This document shows positions 1-9,827 of a stretch of 64,000 bases of DNA, in pieces. The stretch's first letter is position 1, and the number at the start of each line of letters is the position of its first letter. Source of the stretch: Candidatus Poribacteria bacterium (GTDB lineage Bacteria; Poribacteria; WGA-4E; WGA-3G); NCBI GenBank assembly GCA_963663765.2, contig CAXXUA010000005.1:1440001-1504000 (forward strand). Direction: 5' to 3'. The position numbers and the translations under genes are program-made. The notes below the pieces were generated by a model. It was not told where the DNA came from. It saw only the letters and a program-made list of their open reading frames with translations, and ran no database searches.

Positions 1-193
1 GTTGCCCAATCCGCTATCAAATGGTCTGTCAGTGTTGTCGCTACTCCCAAATTGGTAGTGATTGCACCAAGAATTACATCTCTGTGGAAAGCATGATAAT
101 CTAATGTTGAAAGAACTACTGCCGGTCGTCTTTTTACCCCCATTACACCAGGAAATCAGCAATCACAACATCTGCTGGTTTCACGGAGATCAT
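1..193 (-). pseudogene. PemK/MazF-family toxin, frameshifted (or sequencing error) and cut by the window edge
   Basis: Manual translation: ATG at 193 overlaps the TGA of the 190..900 ORF. Reads MISVKPADVVIADF, then after a 1-nt frameshift at GATTTCCTGG continues PGVMGVKRRPAVVLSTLDYHAFHRDVILGAITT...DW, a typical MazF/PemK pattern (GDVV..FP..KRRPAVVLS). Confidence 0.7.
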
Positions 194-900
194 TCATCCC
201 ACTCCTTATCTCCTTCAGCATTCCACCACCCAGTAGGATCAATGCTTGACATGTTATCAGTAGGCATCCATGGTTCTCGGAATATTTCTTGCCAATCATC
301 TGGAAGATACATTAAATCTTCTTCTATTTTAACTCCCATAAACAAGAACCAATATTTCTTTGTAAGTTTTACAAGGTAATCTATACATTCATTTACTTCT
401 TTCAAATCTGGTTCACTTTTCGGTGGTAACATGTCATGGTGAGCAATACATTTGTCAGCGACACCCTCCACTTTATTACTAATTACCTTTAGATGATATA
501 GGTCTTGTTCGACTCTTCCAGGATCAATATAGTCTTCATCAATCCCTGAGAACTCCTGTGAAAAAATGATATTGGCTTCAACCCGTTTAGCAGAAGAAAA
601 TAAATTCACAAAACGTATCCTTGAAAGCAATTGAGGGGTATCTTTCATTTCATATAGCAGTTTAACAAGTGAGTTATCATCATTTTTCTTGAGTTGTCTA
701 CGTATTGTGATTATTGTGTTCCCTACATAGGAATCCCATATAAAATTGACAAATGGATTGTTCTTATGTTTTTGAAGATTGATATTATTATTGACAATCT
801 TTCTTAAGTCCGATAAGATTTCTTGATGTTCAGCAAGCATTGCAACATCATTACGGATTTGATGCAACCACATGTTCCAATTCTCAAATCGCTGTTCCAT
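190..900 (-). CDS. AbiU2-like HEPN-domain protein
   Basis: 236 aa helical protein with SLVKLL and a degenerate Rx4-6H-type motif (ADKCIAHHD), as in AbiU2/HEPN proteins; short acidic Trp-rich tail. Confidence 0.5.
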   Translation of the reverse strand: MEQRFENWNMWLHQIRNDVAMLAEHQEILSDLRKIVNNNINLQKHKNNPFVNFIWDSYVGNTIITIRRQLKKNDDNSLVKLLYEMKDTPQLLSRIRFVNLFSSAKRVEANIIFSQEFSGIDEDYIDPGRVEQDLYHLKVISNKVEGVADKCIAHHDMLPPKSEPDLKEVNECIDYLVKLTKKYWFLFMGVKIEEDLMYLPDDWQEIFREPWMPTDNMSSIDPTGWWNAEGDKEWDE

Positions 901-1239
901 ATTCCTAAATCCTTAAGGTATAATAACTGGTTGTTTTGTGTGTTGGACTAACCATTCACTGTACGAGGTTTGTGCATTCACTTCACTGGGAATAACAAAT
1001 TCAACCTATTTCATAATAATACCAAATCTCCTGATAGAATGCAATGAGTTTGACAACACAAAAAATGCAATTAAATGTGGAAATTTTAATCGCAATAGGG
1101 TAACATATTAACATATTGATTCACCTGAAAGGGAGTTTAATCTATCAAAATTTGCTAATCAAAAACGTGGATTTTCAATTGCATTTACAAGAATCAACAC
1201 AACAATTGGAAGAAAACTGTGGTGGTAAACATATCTAAT

Positions 1240-1361
1240 CAGGACTTACGCACCCAACGGTAGGCGTGCTTTGTAAGCGCGCCGGAACCCAAAAAATTGC
1301 TGAAAATTACATCGTTTTCGTCTTAATTCTTGATTGGATCATGAAAACTGCGTAAGTCCTG
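1240..1361. mobile_element. MITE family A (TIR CAGGACTTACGCA) carrying REP1
   Basis: TIR CAGGACTTACGCA...TGCGTAAGTCCTG, 5-bp TSD CTAAT, internal GTAGGCGTGCTTTGTAAGCGCGC. Confidence 0.9.
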
Positions 1362-1399
1362 CTAATATATCTTACTTTTTACAAGTATAAGGAGTTATC

Positions 1400-1729
1400 A
1401 TGGCTGAAAGTACTTTTGAAATTACAGATGATACATTTGAGGGAATGGTGATCGCATCCGATACCCCAGTAGTTGTTGACTTTTGGGCAGAATGGTGCGG
1501 ACCATGCAAAATGATCGCACCCACACTGGAGGAACTTGCCTCCGAAAACGCAGACACTTTCAAAGTCGGAAAGGTCAATGTTGACGACAACCGTCAAACA
1601 GCAATGAAATATAGCGTACGCAGTATTCCAACACTGCTTGTTTTCAAAGATGGAGAAGTCGCAGACCAAATTGTCGGCGCAATGCCGAAAGACGCACTTA
1701 AGAAAAAAATCTTGGACGCACTCAAATAG
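1400..1729 (+). CDS. trxA: Thioredoxin
   Basis: WCGPC active site, 109 aa, AAGGAG RBS. Confidence 0.97.
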   Translation: MAESTFEITDDTFEGMVIASDTPVVVDFWAEWCGPCKMIAPTLEELASENADTFKVGKVNVDDNRQTAMKYSVRSIPTLLVFKDGEVADQIVGAMPKDALKKKILDALK

Positions 1730-1858
1730 TAATTGTTCAAGGCAATTTCGTAAACCTTCCGCTATTTAGAAGCAGCACAGCCGAAGCACAATCGCTTCGG
1801 CAGGCTTCTGCGGGATTTCCTCATCACAATTTCCTTCCCTACTCAATAACACTGCCTT

Positions 1859-3145
1859 ATGTTTTGGCGACTTGTATACAACACACTTGCCCTTCCCGCA
1901 ATGTACATCGGCTACCATATCGCAGCGTTTTGTAATAGCAAAATCCGTGAAGGTATTCACGGACGAAAACAGGTATTTGAGAAACTAACACAACAACTTA
2001 AGGATGCCCGTAAAATTGAGAAAACCGCATGGTTTCACTTTACCTCGGTGGGAGAATTTGAACAGGCAAAACCGCTTATTGAAGCGACTTATCAAGATAC
2101 ACGTATCGTTCTAACCTTCTTCTCACCGTCGGTCGCACCTAATGTAGAAACATATCCTTTTGCCGACGCAGTCGTTTATCTTCCCTTTGATACACCTCGC
2201 AATGCTGAACGTCTGATACAACTCATCAAACCAACATGCCTAATCTTCTCCAGATACGACATCTGGCCCAATCTTGTTTGGAAAGCATCCAAATATAATA
2301 TCCCGACGATTGTTATTGCTGGCACGCTGCATGCTGGTTCCAAACGACTTTCCAAACTCGGAATGTCATTTTGTAAACGCGTACATCGGTATATCACACT
2401 GCATTGTGCCATTTCAGAGGAAGATGCCACCAGATTCCAAAAACTCTGCACTTCAAAACATCAGGTCGTTGTCACTGGAGATACCCGCTACGAGCAGGTC
2501 TACCGACGTGCAATGTCGGTAGAAACTGACAAAGAGTTATTTCAGGGACAACGGACTATCAAGCGAACCATATTCATCGCTGGAAGCACTTATGCAGATG
2601 ATGAGAAGGTTGTCTTCGCAACGTATCAGATACTTCGTGAAAACATGCCTAAACCTCTACCACACTTGATTTTAGTACCACATGAACCGACACCAGAACG
2701 GGTTGAGGAAATTATCGCCGAATTAAATCAGCACAAATTTACCTATACTCGCTTCTCAAAACTTACCAGTGATACGGATTTGAAAGATGTGGATGTCCTT
2801 ATTGTTGATGTCGTAGGGATGTTAGCGAAACTCTATTATTTAGCAGATGTTGCATTTGTTGGTGGGAGTTTTCATGGTAGCGTTCACAATGTAATGGAAC
2901 CCGCTGCAATGGCAAAACCTGTCATTTTCGGTCCAACTATCAAGAATTCTCACGAAGCTTCTATATTGTTAAAGAAAGGTGCTGCCAAACTCGTACATAC
3001 ACCAGAACAGATGGCAACAACTATCACAACATGGTTGACAAACGAGGAAGAGGGAATCGCTACCGGCAATATCGGTAAGCATCTAATTGAGGAGAACCTC
3101 GGTGCAGTTGAACGCACATTATCACATCTGCGGAAATATATGTAA
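1859..3145 (+). CDS. waaA: 3-deoxy-D-manno-octulosonic acid (Kdo) transferase
   Basis: WFHFTSVGE, YLPFD, IWPNL, AGST, AFVGGS and HNVMEPA motifs of GT30. Confidence 0.9.
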   Translation: MFWRLVYNTLALPAMYIGYHIAAFCNSKIREGIHGRKQVFEKLTQQLKDARKIEKTAWFHFTSVGEFEQAKPLIEATYQDTRIVLTFFSPSVAPNVETYPFADAVVYLPFDTPRNAERLIQLIKPTCLIFSRYDIWPNLVWKASKYNIPTIVIAGTLHAGSKRLSKLGMSFCKRVHRYITLHCAISEEDATRFQKLCTSKHQVVVTGDTRYEQVYRRAMSVETDKELFQGQRTIKRTIFIAGSTYADDEKVVFATYQILRENMPKPLPHLILVPHEPTPERVEEIIAELNQHKFTYTRFSKLTSDTDLKDVDVLIVDVVGMLAKLYYLADVAFVGGSFHGSVHNVMEPAAMAKPVIFGPTIKNSHEASILLKKGAAKLVHTPEQMATTITTWLTNEEEGIATGNIGKHLIEENLGAVERTLSHLRKYM

Positions 3146-3147
3146 GG

Positions 3148-3267
3148 CAGGGCTATTCAGTTTTCCTAATTTTTGGATTTTTCCAAAAAGAACCCCGCGG
3201 TAGGAGCGACCTCCCGGTCGCGATTTTCTCAGAAAACGACTAAAATGCCTAAAACTGAATAACCCTC
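3148..3267. mobile_element. MITE family D (TIR CAGGGTTATTCAGTTTT) carrying REP2
   Basis: TIR cagggctattcagtttt...aaaactgaataaccctc, 9-bp TSD TATGTAAGG, internal GTAGGAGCGACCTCCCGGTCGCGA. Confidence 0.9.
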
Positions 3268-3320
3268 TATGTAAGGACTTTCCGCTTGTCCTTACATATT
3301 GGACATGCTAAACTGAGTAC

Positions 3321-4226
3321 ATGAAAGTCTTTATACAGATTGGACACGGCATCATCGGTGCTGTTGTAATTGCCTTTCTCAGCATTTGGCAAGCAGGAAG
3401 TTACGGTGAAGCAAGACATACAATCAGCATCATCGGTGCAATAGCAATCCTCATCGCAAGCCTCTATTTACTGCGCAGCCGATGGATACGTTGGGGGAGT
3501 CGGCAGGTATGGCTAAAATACCACCAACGTCTTGCCTCTCTTGGTCTGTGTCTTGTACTGTTGCACTCTGCATTTCAACCCCTTACTTGGCATTCATGGT
3601 TAACGTTCTTACTTGCATTGTCAAATTTAGGCACAGGAATTGCCGTGAGTCTAACCGCACGCAATGTGCGTAAGTTACTGCTGAGGTGCCACCTTGTACT
3701 TGCCCCGATCCTATTGATTAGCATTGTCTTTCATGGACAGGCAAAACTTGATCATGATGACTTCTTTCCCTTGACAGATGTTCACGATGTGCCTTGTGCA
3801 AAATGCCATACTTCTGAACCCCTACTTTTCCATGTAGAGACAATACATCAACAGGAATTGGACACATCCGATACTATTCCTGAAGTCATCCATTGGTGGT
3901 TCATGCAACACGACACAGAAATATCTAAAACTGCAAGAGTCATCGTCAAAGAAATTGGCAATACATGGAGTATCATTGATAAAGAGAACAACCATAAATA
4001 TCATGCCAAAAAACGGGAAGACCAAATCGCACTTTATGCTGATACGTCATACAGCAGCTACACCTGCATCACATGCCACGAACATAACACACCAGAACTG
4101 ATATCAGCACATGAACTCCACGGAGTTAGCGATTTCCACAGGTGCCTTGTTTGCCACCAAACTGAAATTAACGGAATACGATATGGAAGGCAAAAGGTTA
4201 ATTGGGAATATGACCCCAATTGGTAA
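3321..4226 (+). CDS. Membrane protein with His-containing TM helices fused to a tri-heme cytochrome c domain
   Basis: About 5 hydrophobic segments with His pairs (YHQRL..LLHS, CHLVL..VFHG); three CxxCH motifs (CAKCH, CITCH, CLVCH). Confidence 0.8.
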   Translation: MKVFIQIGHGIIGAVVIAFLSIWQAGSYGEARHTISIIGAIAILIASLYLLRSRWIRWGSRQVWLKYHQRLASLGLCLVLLHSAFQPLTWHSWLTFLLALSNLGTGIAVSLTARNVRKLLLRCHLVLAPILLISIVFHGQAKLDHDDFFPLTDVHDVPCAKCHTSEPLLFHVETIHQQELDTSDTIPEVIHWWFMQHDTEISKTARVIVKEIGNTWSIIDKENNHKYHAKKREDQIALYADTSYSSYTCITCHEHNTPELISAHELHGVSDFHRCLVCHQTEINGIRYGRQKVNWEYDPNW

Positions 4227-4238
4227 ATGTATAAAAAC

Positions 4239-4431
4239 TATGGTAAATTATGGAATTAATTACACACTTGCACAGGTAGGAGCGACCTCCCGGTCGCGAC
4301 CGTATGGAGACCATGTATCAAAACAGTCGTGACCAGGAGGTCGCTCCTACCAAAGAAAAGATTAGGATACTTATATGACAGCTAATATGGTAAATTGTAG
4401 AAATGTAAACTTATTTTCAAATTTCACCATA
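4239..4431. mobile_element. MITE-like family E carrying an inverted REP2 pair (REPIN-like)
   Basis: Ends TATGGTAAATT...AATTTCACCATA; internal GTAGGAGCGACC...GGTCGCTCCTAC; inverted homolog at 56913-57223. Confidence 0.75.
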
Positions 4432-4514
4432 AATGCAAACGTTCATACGCAAAAAAGGCCTGAATCCAACCATTGCTCGGACTCAAGCCAAAAACCAATT
4501 ATAAACTGTCCATA

Positions 4515-5300
4515 TCAGCGTGACTTAATATCACCCCAAGTTGTAGCGAGTTTGTCTGTCGGTTCAACAGACAAAAAATCACCATTCATTACCTTATTGA
4601 TTTCTTCTTCTGACAAAGCACGAGAAAATATATAGTACTCATCCATCATGCCTATAAACCAGCGATCCCCTTTGTGTGAACCTATACCAGCAGAGACACC
4701 CCAGTTATCCGCAAGTGGATTGCCACTTCCCGCCATTGAGTGAGTTTCTTCACCATCAATATAAGTTTTTACTTCATTTGCTTCACTATCATAAGTTCCT
4801 GTAAAATGTACCCACTCATTCGTGTCAATGACTGGTCCTGGTTGGATTTTGAAAACATCTGCTCCCGCAATATTACGATGGAACCATCTGAAACCAGCAG
4901 GACGTATTTCGGCATGAAAAAGACCACTTGCCTGACCAGTACCTAACGCGTCAATTAGTTGTTGCACCCCACTTACACCAGTATGGTTTACCCAAACAGC
5001 AAGGGTAATCCCATCAATCGGTACGTTTTTAAACTCTGGTCCGTTCATATCAATGTAAGTGCTGCCATTTAATTCAATCGCTTTTCCTATCTGTCCATTA
5101 ACATATTTGGTAGTCCCTACAACCATACCATCGTTTCCTTGAATTGATCCATCTTTGACAGTATCCCCATCATTGTCAAAACTATAGTAGACTGATAGTG
5201 TAGGGTCATTTAGATCCGCTTGAACAGAGAGAAATGGCAACACCATAAACACCAAAACAGTAAAAATAACCTGAATCCTTCTAATATTACTACAACGCAC
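4515..5300 (-). CDS. Secreted LamG/ConA-like jellyroll protein with VEPxxKLxTTWGxIK tail
   Basis: Probable GTG start at 5300 after AAGGAG; signal peptide; YYSFD, WVHFTGTYD, GMMDE..IFSRAL; tail LSVEPTDKLATTWGDIKSR. Confidence 0.85.
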   Translation of the reverse strand: MRCSNIRRIQVIFTVLVFMVLPFLSVQADLNDPTLSVYYSFDNDGDTVKDGSIQGNDGMVVGTTKYVNGQIGKAIELNGSTYIDMNGPEFKNVPIDGITLAVWVNHTGVSGVQQLIDALGTGQASGLFHAEIRPAGFRWFHRNIAGADVFKIQPGPVIDTNEWVHFTGTYDSEANEVKTYIDGEETHSMAGSGNPLADNWGVSAGIGSHKGDRWFIGMMDEYYIFSRALSEEEINKVMNGDFLSVEPTDKLATTWGDIKSR

Positions 5301-5391
5301 TTTTCTACTCCTTTTTATATTAATAATAATTGAAAATGGCTTGAATCCAGAAGACACCGAATCCAAGCCTGTATTTATGCATGTTTGTTAT

Positions 5392-6174
5392 CTAACGATG
5401 CGATTTAATGTTACCCCAAGTGGTCGTCAGCTTGTCTTCTGGTTCTACAGATGTTAGAACACCGTCCATAATATCTGTAATTTCACTTGCTGACACAGCA
5501 CGATTGAATATGAAGTACTCATCTAACATCCCAATAAACCAGCGGTCGTTCTTATGGTGACCAATACCTGCTGAAATATCCCAGTTATTAGAGCAAGTTC
5601 CGGTACCAGTCTCTGAATGAGTCTCCTCACCATTCATATATGCTTTCACTTCACCACTTGTACTATCATAAGTTCCCGCGAAATGCACCCATTCATTGGC
5701 AGGAAGAATGGGGCCGGGGTTGATTTGAAAAACCTGATTGCCTGTTTCATTTCTATGGAAGAACCTAACCCCACCGGGACGAATTTCTACGTGGAAAAGT
5801 CCACTCCCATGGTCTGTAGTGAGTGCGTCAATCATTGTCTGCGGAGTCGTAGAACCAGTATGGTTAACCCAAAACGCAAGTGTGAAACCTTCAACTGGAC
5901 CATTCGTAAACTCAGGTCCATTCATATCTATCGACGAACTCCCATCAAAAACAGCAGCTTTACCATAGACACCTTCATCCCTAACAACATTTCCTACAAT
6001 CATACCGTCGTTGCCATTGGTAGAACCATCAACAATGGTATCATCGTCACCTTCAAAACCGTAGTAAACAGAAATCGTTGGATCACTCAGATCCGCTTGA
6101 GCAGAAATCCCCCCTGCTACTATAATGACTATAGCAGCAATGGCGATATAAGACTTTGTAAAACCTAAACGCAT
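5392..6174 (-). CDS. Secreted LamG/ConA-like jellyroll protein (tandem paralog)
   Basis: Start MRLGF after AAGGAG; paralog of 4515..5300; tail TSVEPEDKLTTTWGNIKSHR. Confidence 0.85.
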   Translation of the reverse strand: MRLGFTKSYIAIAAIVIIVAGGISAQADLSDPTISVYYGFEGDDDTIVDGSTNGNDGMIVGNVVRDEGVYGKAAVFDGSSSIDMNGPEFTNGPVEGFTLAFWVNHTGSTTPQTMIDALTTDHGSGLFHVEIRPGGVRFFHRNETGNQVFQINPGPILPANEWVHFAGTYDSTSGEVKAYMNGEETHSETGTGTCSNNWDISAGIGHHKNDRWFIGMLDEYFIFNRAVSASEITDIMDGVLTSVEPEDKLTTTWGNIKSHR

Positions 6175-6378
6175 TCTTACTTCTCCTTTGTAAAAGACTA
6201 CAGAGACACCCATAGTCCTAATTATATTTTAGGTAAACTACACATTAAGCATCTCACATTAAGAAAAACTTTTTAAATCTATAGTATCAGATTTAGTATT
6301 TTGTTTGTATAATATCAATTACATTGTTTTGTGTCAATAAAATATTTTAGAAATAACGCAAAATTGAACTGTTTTTCC

Positions 6379-6410
6379 TTGACAAACAATATTGTTTATG
6401 TTAATATAAT
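6379..6410 (+). promoter_or_regulatory. Sigma70-like promoter with palindromic spacer
   Basis: TTGACA-17-TAATAT preceded by TG; spacer contains the palindrome AAACAATATTGTTT. Confidence 0.5.
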
Positions 6411-6449
6411 ATTTACTTAATAATTGTTTTATGAATATTGATCTAAAAA

Positions 6450-6590
6450 TAGGACTTACGCACCCAACGGTAGGCGCGCTTTGATGAAGATTAATTTATT
6501 AATTCGGAAAATAAAACATTTCTCCAAAGGTAGGCGCGCTTTGTAAGCGCGCTTGTACTCAGAATAACCATCAATATTGCGTAAGTCCTG
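6450..6590. mobile_element. Composite MITE A with an internal family C fragment
   Basis: AGGACTTACGCA...TGCGTAAGTCCTG ends, one truncated and one complete REP1, internal ATGAAGATTAATTTATTAATTCGG; no clean TSD. Confidence 0.75.
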
Positions 6591-6624
6591 TATAAAATCA
6601 CAAAAATAAAAAGAAGGAGAATTA

Positions 6625-7527
6625 ATGCAACCACAATTACCTGATGCACGCAACGAAAATATTCTCATCCACGTCGGTGGAGAATTGCTGCCCCGCGAAG
6701 ATGCAAAAATATCGGTCTTTGATAGCCTTGCACAAGGTGGAGACGGCGTATGGGAAGGATTACGCATCTATAACGGAAAAATCTTCGCACTGGATGCACA
6801 CTTAGACCGATTGATAGACTCCGCACACGCAATGGCATTTGAAGGAATACCCACACGCGATGAAATCAAAACCGCTATTTTTGAGACACTCCAAGCGAAC
6901 GGTATGCGCAATGAAGTACATATACGACTCACACTCAGCCGAGGCAAAAAAGTTACCTCCAGTATGAATCCAGAGGCTAACCAATACGGCACATGTCTTA
7001 TTGTCTTGGCAGAATGGAAAGCACCCATATATGCAAGCACCGGTGTCCGGTTGATTACCTCTGCAATTCGTCGGAACCCAGCACAGTGTGTCGATTCAAA
7101 AATACATCATAACAACTTGATTAACAACATCCTCGCAAAAATTGAAGCAAATGTCGCAGGCGTTGACGATGCAATCATGCTTGACATTTTCGGTTTCGTC
7201 TCTGAAACAAATGCTACAAACATATTTATTGTCAAACGCGGACAAGTACTCACACCCCATGCAGATAGTTGCCTACCCGGTATTACACGCGGAAACGTCA
7301 TCCACCTTGCAAATAAAGCACAAATTCCATTAGTAGAGCGAAATGTATCACTGACTGAAGTCTACACTGCCGATGAAATGTTCACGACTGGCACAGTCGG
7401 TGAGTTAAGTCCAGTGTTAGAGGTAGATGGCAGGCAGATTGGCACAAAAGAACCAGGTCCGATGACAGCACGTTTGCAAGAACTATATGCAGAAATGACT
7501 GCAAGTGAAGGTGTGCCGATACCATAA
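6625..7527 (+). CDS. Aminotransferase class IV (IlvE/Dat-like)
   Basis: GDGVWEGLR, HLDRL, KIHHNN, ETNATNIF, LPGITR, ADEMFTTGT. Confidence 0.9.
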   Translation: MQPQLPDARNENILIHVGGELLPREDAKISVFDSLAQGGDGVWEGLRIYNGKIFALDAHLDRLIDSAHAMAFEGIPTRDEIKTAIFETLQANGMRNEVHIRLTLSRGKKVTSSMNPEANQYGTCLIVLAEWKAPIYASTGVRLITSAIRRNPAQCVDSKIHHNNLINNILAKIEANVAGVDDAIMLDIFGFVSETNATNIFIVKRGQVLTPHADSCLPGITRGNVIHLANKAQIPLVERNVSLTEVYTADEMFTTGTVGELSPVLEVDGRQIGTKEPGPMTARLQELYAEMTASEGVPIP

Positions 7528-7530
7528 CCT

Positions 7531-8655
7531 CTATTTCTGCACTTTTTGGATAGCATCCAAGAGAACTGCATCGCCGTCTGTAATCACCAATTCTACTGCC
7601 AACACAACTATCGGTAATTCCGTGCTAAAAGATATTAACTTTTGCTCGTCTTTTTGTGTTGTAATCACCAACTCAGCATTACAACTTTGCATCCGTTTCT
7701 GAATTTCATGTACATCAGTTTCGGTATAGACATGGTGGTCAGGAAATGCAAATAGTTCTATTGAAGTTGGATCATATTGTTTGAGTGTCGTAACGAAACC
7801 GTCAGGATTACCAATACCACATACCGCAAGCAGTCGTTTCCTCATCAGGGTTGTCAAGGGTAATACCTCTCGTTTCTCGTTCTGATTTAGCCAATACAAT
7901 GATGTCGGTTGGTGCACACTCTGCAAAATAGGTGTATTCGGTGCTAAACGAGTCAATTCCGTCTTCAATTCTGTGATGTTTATGTTGTCTGCATCTGTCC
8001 GGGTGAGTAAAATGATGTCGGCACGTTGTAATGCAGATATTGGTTCTCGCAACATACCTATAGGAAGCAATGCACTTGTGCCATAAGGTTGTGTCGCATC
8101 AATTGTTACGATGTCAAGATCACGTGCAAGTTGACGATGTTGAAATCCATCGTCAAGAATTAATACTTCGCTATCAAAACGTTCCAGAGCAGCTTTTCCT
8201 GCTAAATAACGTTGTTTTCCTACGACTATCGGTATGTCCGAAAGTTGACGTGCAAGCATGTCCGCTTCATCGCCGCTTTCTTCACTACTACAAAGTTGGT
8301 TTTCACCATCAGAAACAATCGTTACCGCATCATTGCTGCACCGTTTATAACCAGAGAGGACCAACGCAACCCGATGACCTTTACTATATAGGAGTTTAGC
8401 AATGGCATCGGTTGCTGGTGTTTTTCCGGTTCCACCAACGACAATATTTCCTACGCTAATCACGATGCATGATAACTGCTTCTGTTTAAACAAACCAAGC
8501 GTATAGCAATAGTTACGTCCCAAGATGATCGCGCAATAAAGCCAACAAAAAGGGGTAAGCAGAATCCGAAAGAGTGATGGAAGAAACCCGCGCTGTCTTG
8601 TAGTTATGAAATCATAAATTGCACGTTTCATAAGGTGTGTTTTATGCCGATGCAA
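7531..8655 (-). CDS. lpxK: Tetraacyldisaccharide 4'-kinase
   Basis: SVGNIVVGGTGKTP, GDEA, LDDGFQH, LLPIGMLRE, GIGNP, FPDHH, TTQKD. Confidence 0.95.
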   Translation of the reverse strand: MHRHKTHLMKRAIYDFITTRQRGFLPSLFRILLTPFCWLYCAIILGRNYCYTLGLFKQKQLSCIVISVGNIVVGGTGKTPATDAIAKLLYSKGHRVALVLSGYKRCSNDAVTIVSDGENQLCSSEESGDEADMLARQLSDIPIVVGKQRYLAGKAALERFDSEVLILDDGFQHRQLARDLDIVTIDATQPYGTSALLPIGMLREPISALQRADIILLTRTDADNINITELKTELTRLAPNTPILQSVHQPTSLYWLNQNEKREVLPLTTLMRKRLLAVCGIGNPDGFVTTLKQYDPTSIELFAFPDHHVYTETDVHEIQKRMQSCNAELVITTQKDEQKLISFSTELPIVVLAVELVITDGDAVLLDAIQKVQK

Positions 8656-9781
8656 CCTGCTCTAATACTAATTCTGCCGTTCTATTTGCTGCACCAGACT
8701 CACCCAACTTTTTGTGAACAGCATTGAGGGATTCTCGTTGTCTGTCAAGTTTTTCTGGATTGCAGAGAAGGTCCACCGTAGCATTGGTAAGCAAATCGGG
8801 GGTAAGTTCTGATTGAAGAAGCTCGGGAACAATGCGATTACCAGCAATGAGATTTGGTAAACCGCTGTCATCTAACGGGGTTAGGACATTGATAATACGC
8901 CAATTTATCCACGAAGTACTATAAAGTATGATCATCGGGGCACCGATGCAAGCCGCCTCAAGGGTAGCAGTTCCAGAAGTAATCAGCATCAACGTTGCAG
9001 CACGCATCGCTGCATAAGTTTCATCCTTTACGATCTTTATATTTGGAATACCTTCAACACCTTCCTGAAAGTCACCAATCAGTTCTTCAGAGATACCTGG
9101 TGCAAGTGGAAGAACCCAGTCTACATCAGGAAAGAGCAACGAAATATTGGCAGCTACCTTTAACATAACGGGGAAAATACGTTGCACTTCGGAACGTCTG
9201 CTTCCGGGCATCAAACCGATAACACGTGCGTCTTTGTGCAATCCTAATTTCTGACGTGCCTCTGTGGGAGTCAGTTCAATGTTTGCAAAATCAACCAACG
9301 GATGTCCAACAAATTCCGCTGTCGCACCAGCATTTCTATAAAACTCTGTTTCAAATGGGAAGATAGAAGCAATGACGTTTGCAGACTTACTAAGCTTTTT
9401 TGCTCTGCCACCGCGCCATGCCCACGCTTTCGGTGGAATATAATAGACGACAGGGACACCTTGTTTACTCGCATACTTCGCTAATGGCATGTTGAATTCA
9501 GCAAAATCTATAAGCAGAAGCACATCAGGAGGTCGTTGACGTAATCTCTTTCTTAGTATTGACTGTTTTTTTAGGAATTTGGGGAGAACTGCAATGGCAT
9601 CAACAAAACCCATCACAGCTGAATCACGGATGTGAATATCAAGAGACACACCCACTGCTTCCATCATGTCACCACCCATACCGAAAACAGATATTTCTGA
9701 ACAAAGCGATTTGAGTGCTTGGACGACATGGGAAGCATGCAGGTCACCAGAAGGTTCACCTGCAACAATCATTAATTCCAT
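8642..9781 (-). CDS. lpxB: Lipid-A-disaccharide synthase
   Basis: AGEPSGDLH, WAWR, FVGHPL, MPGSRRSE, SGTATLE, LPNLIA..VPELLQ. Confidence 0.95.
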   Translation of the reverse strand: MELMIVAGEPSGDLHASHVVQALKSLCSEISVFGMGGDMMEAVGVSLDIHIRDSAVMGFVDAIAVLPKFLKKQSILRKRLRQRPPDVLLLIDFAEFNMPLAKYASKQGVPVVYYIPPKAWAWRGGRAKKLSKSANVIASIFPFETEFYRNAGATAEFVGHPLVDFANIELTPTEARQKLGLHKDARVIGLMPGSRRSEVQRIFPVMLKVAANISLLFPDVDWVLPLAPGISEELIGDFQEGVEGIPNIKIVKDETYAAMRAATLMLITSGTATLEAACIGAPMIILYSTSWINWRIINVLTPLDDSGLPNLIAGNRIVPELLQSELTPDLLTNATVDLLCNPEKLDRQRESLNAVHKKLGESGAANRTAELVLEQVASA

Positions 9782-9827
9782 TGAAATGGTGCTATAAAAA
9801 GCACGTGTTGCACACCTATAATTGTGA

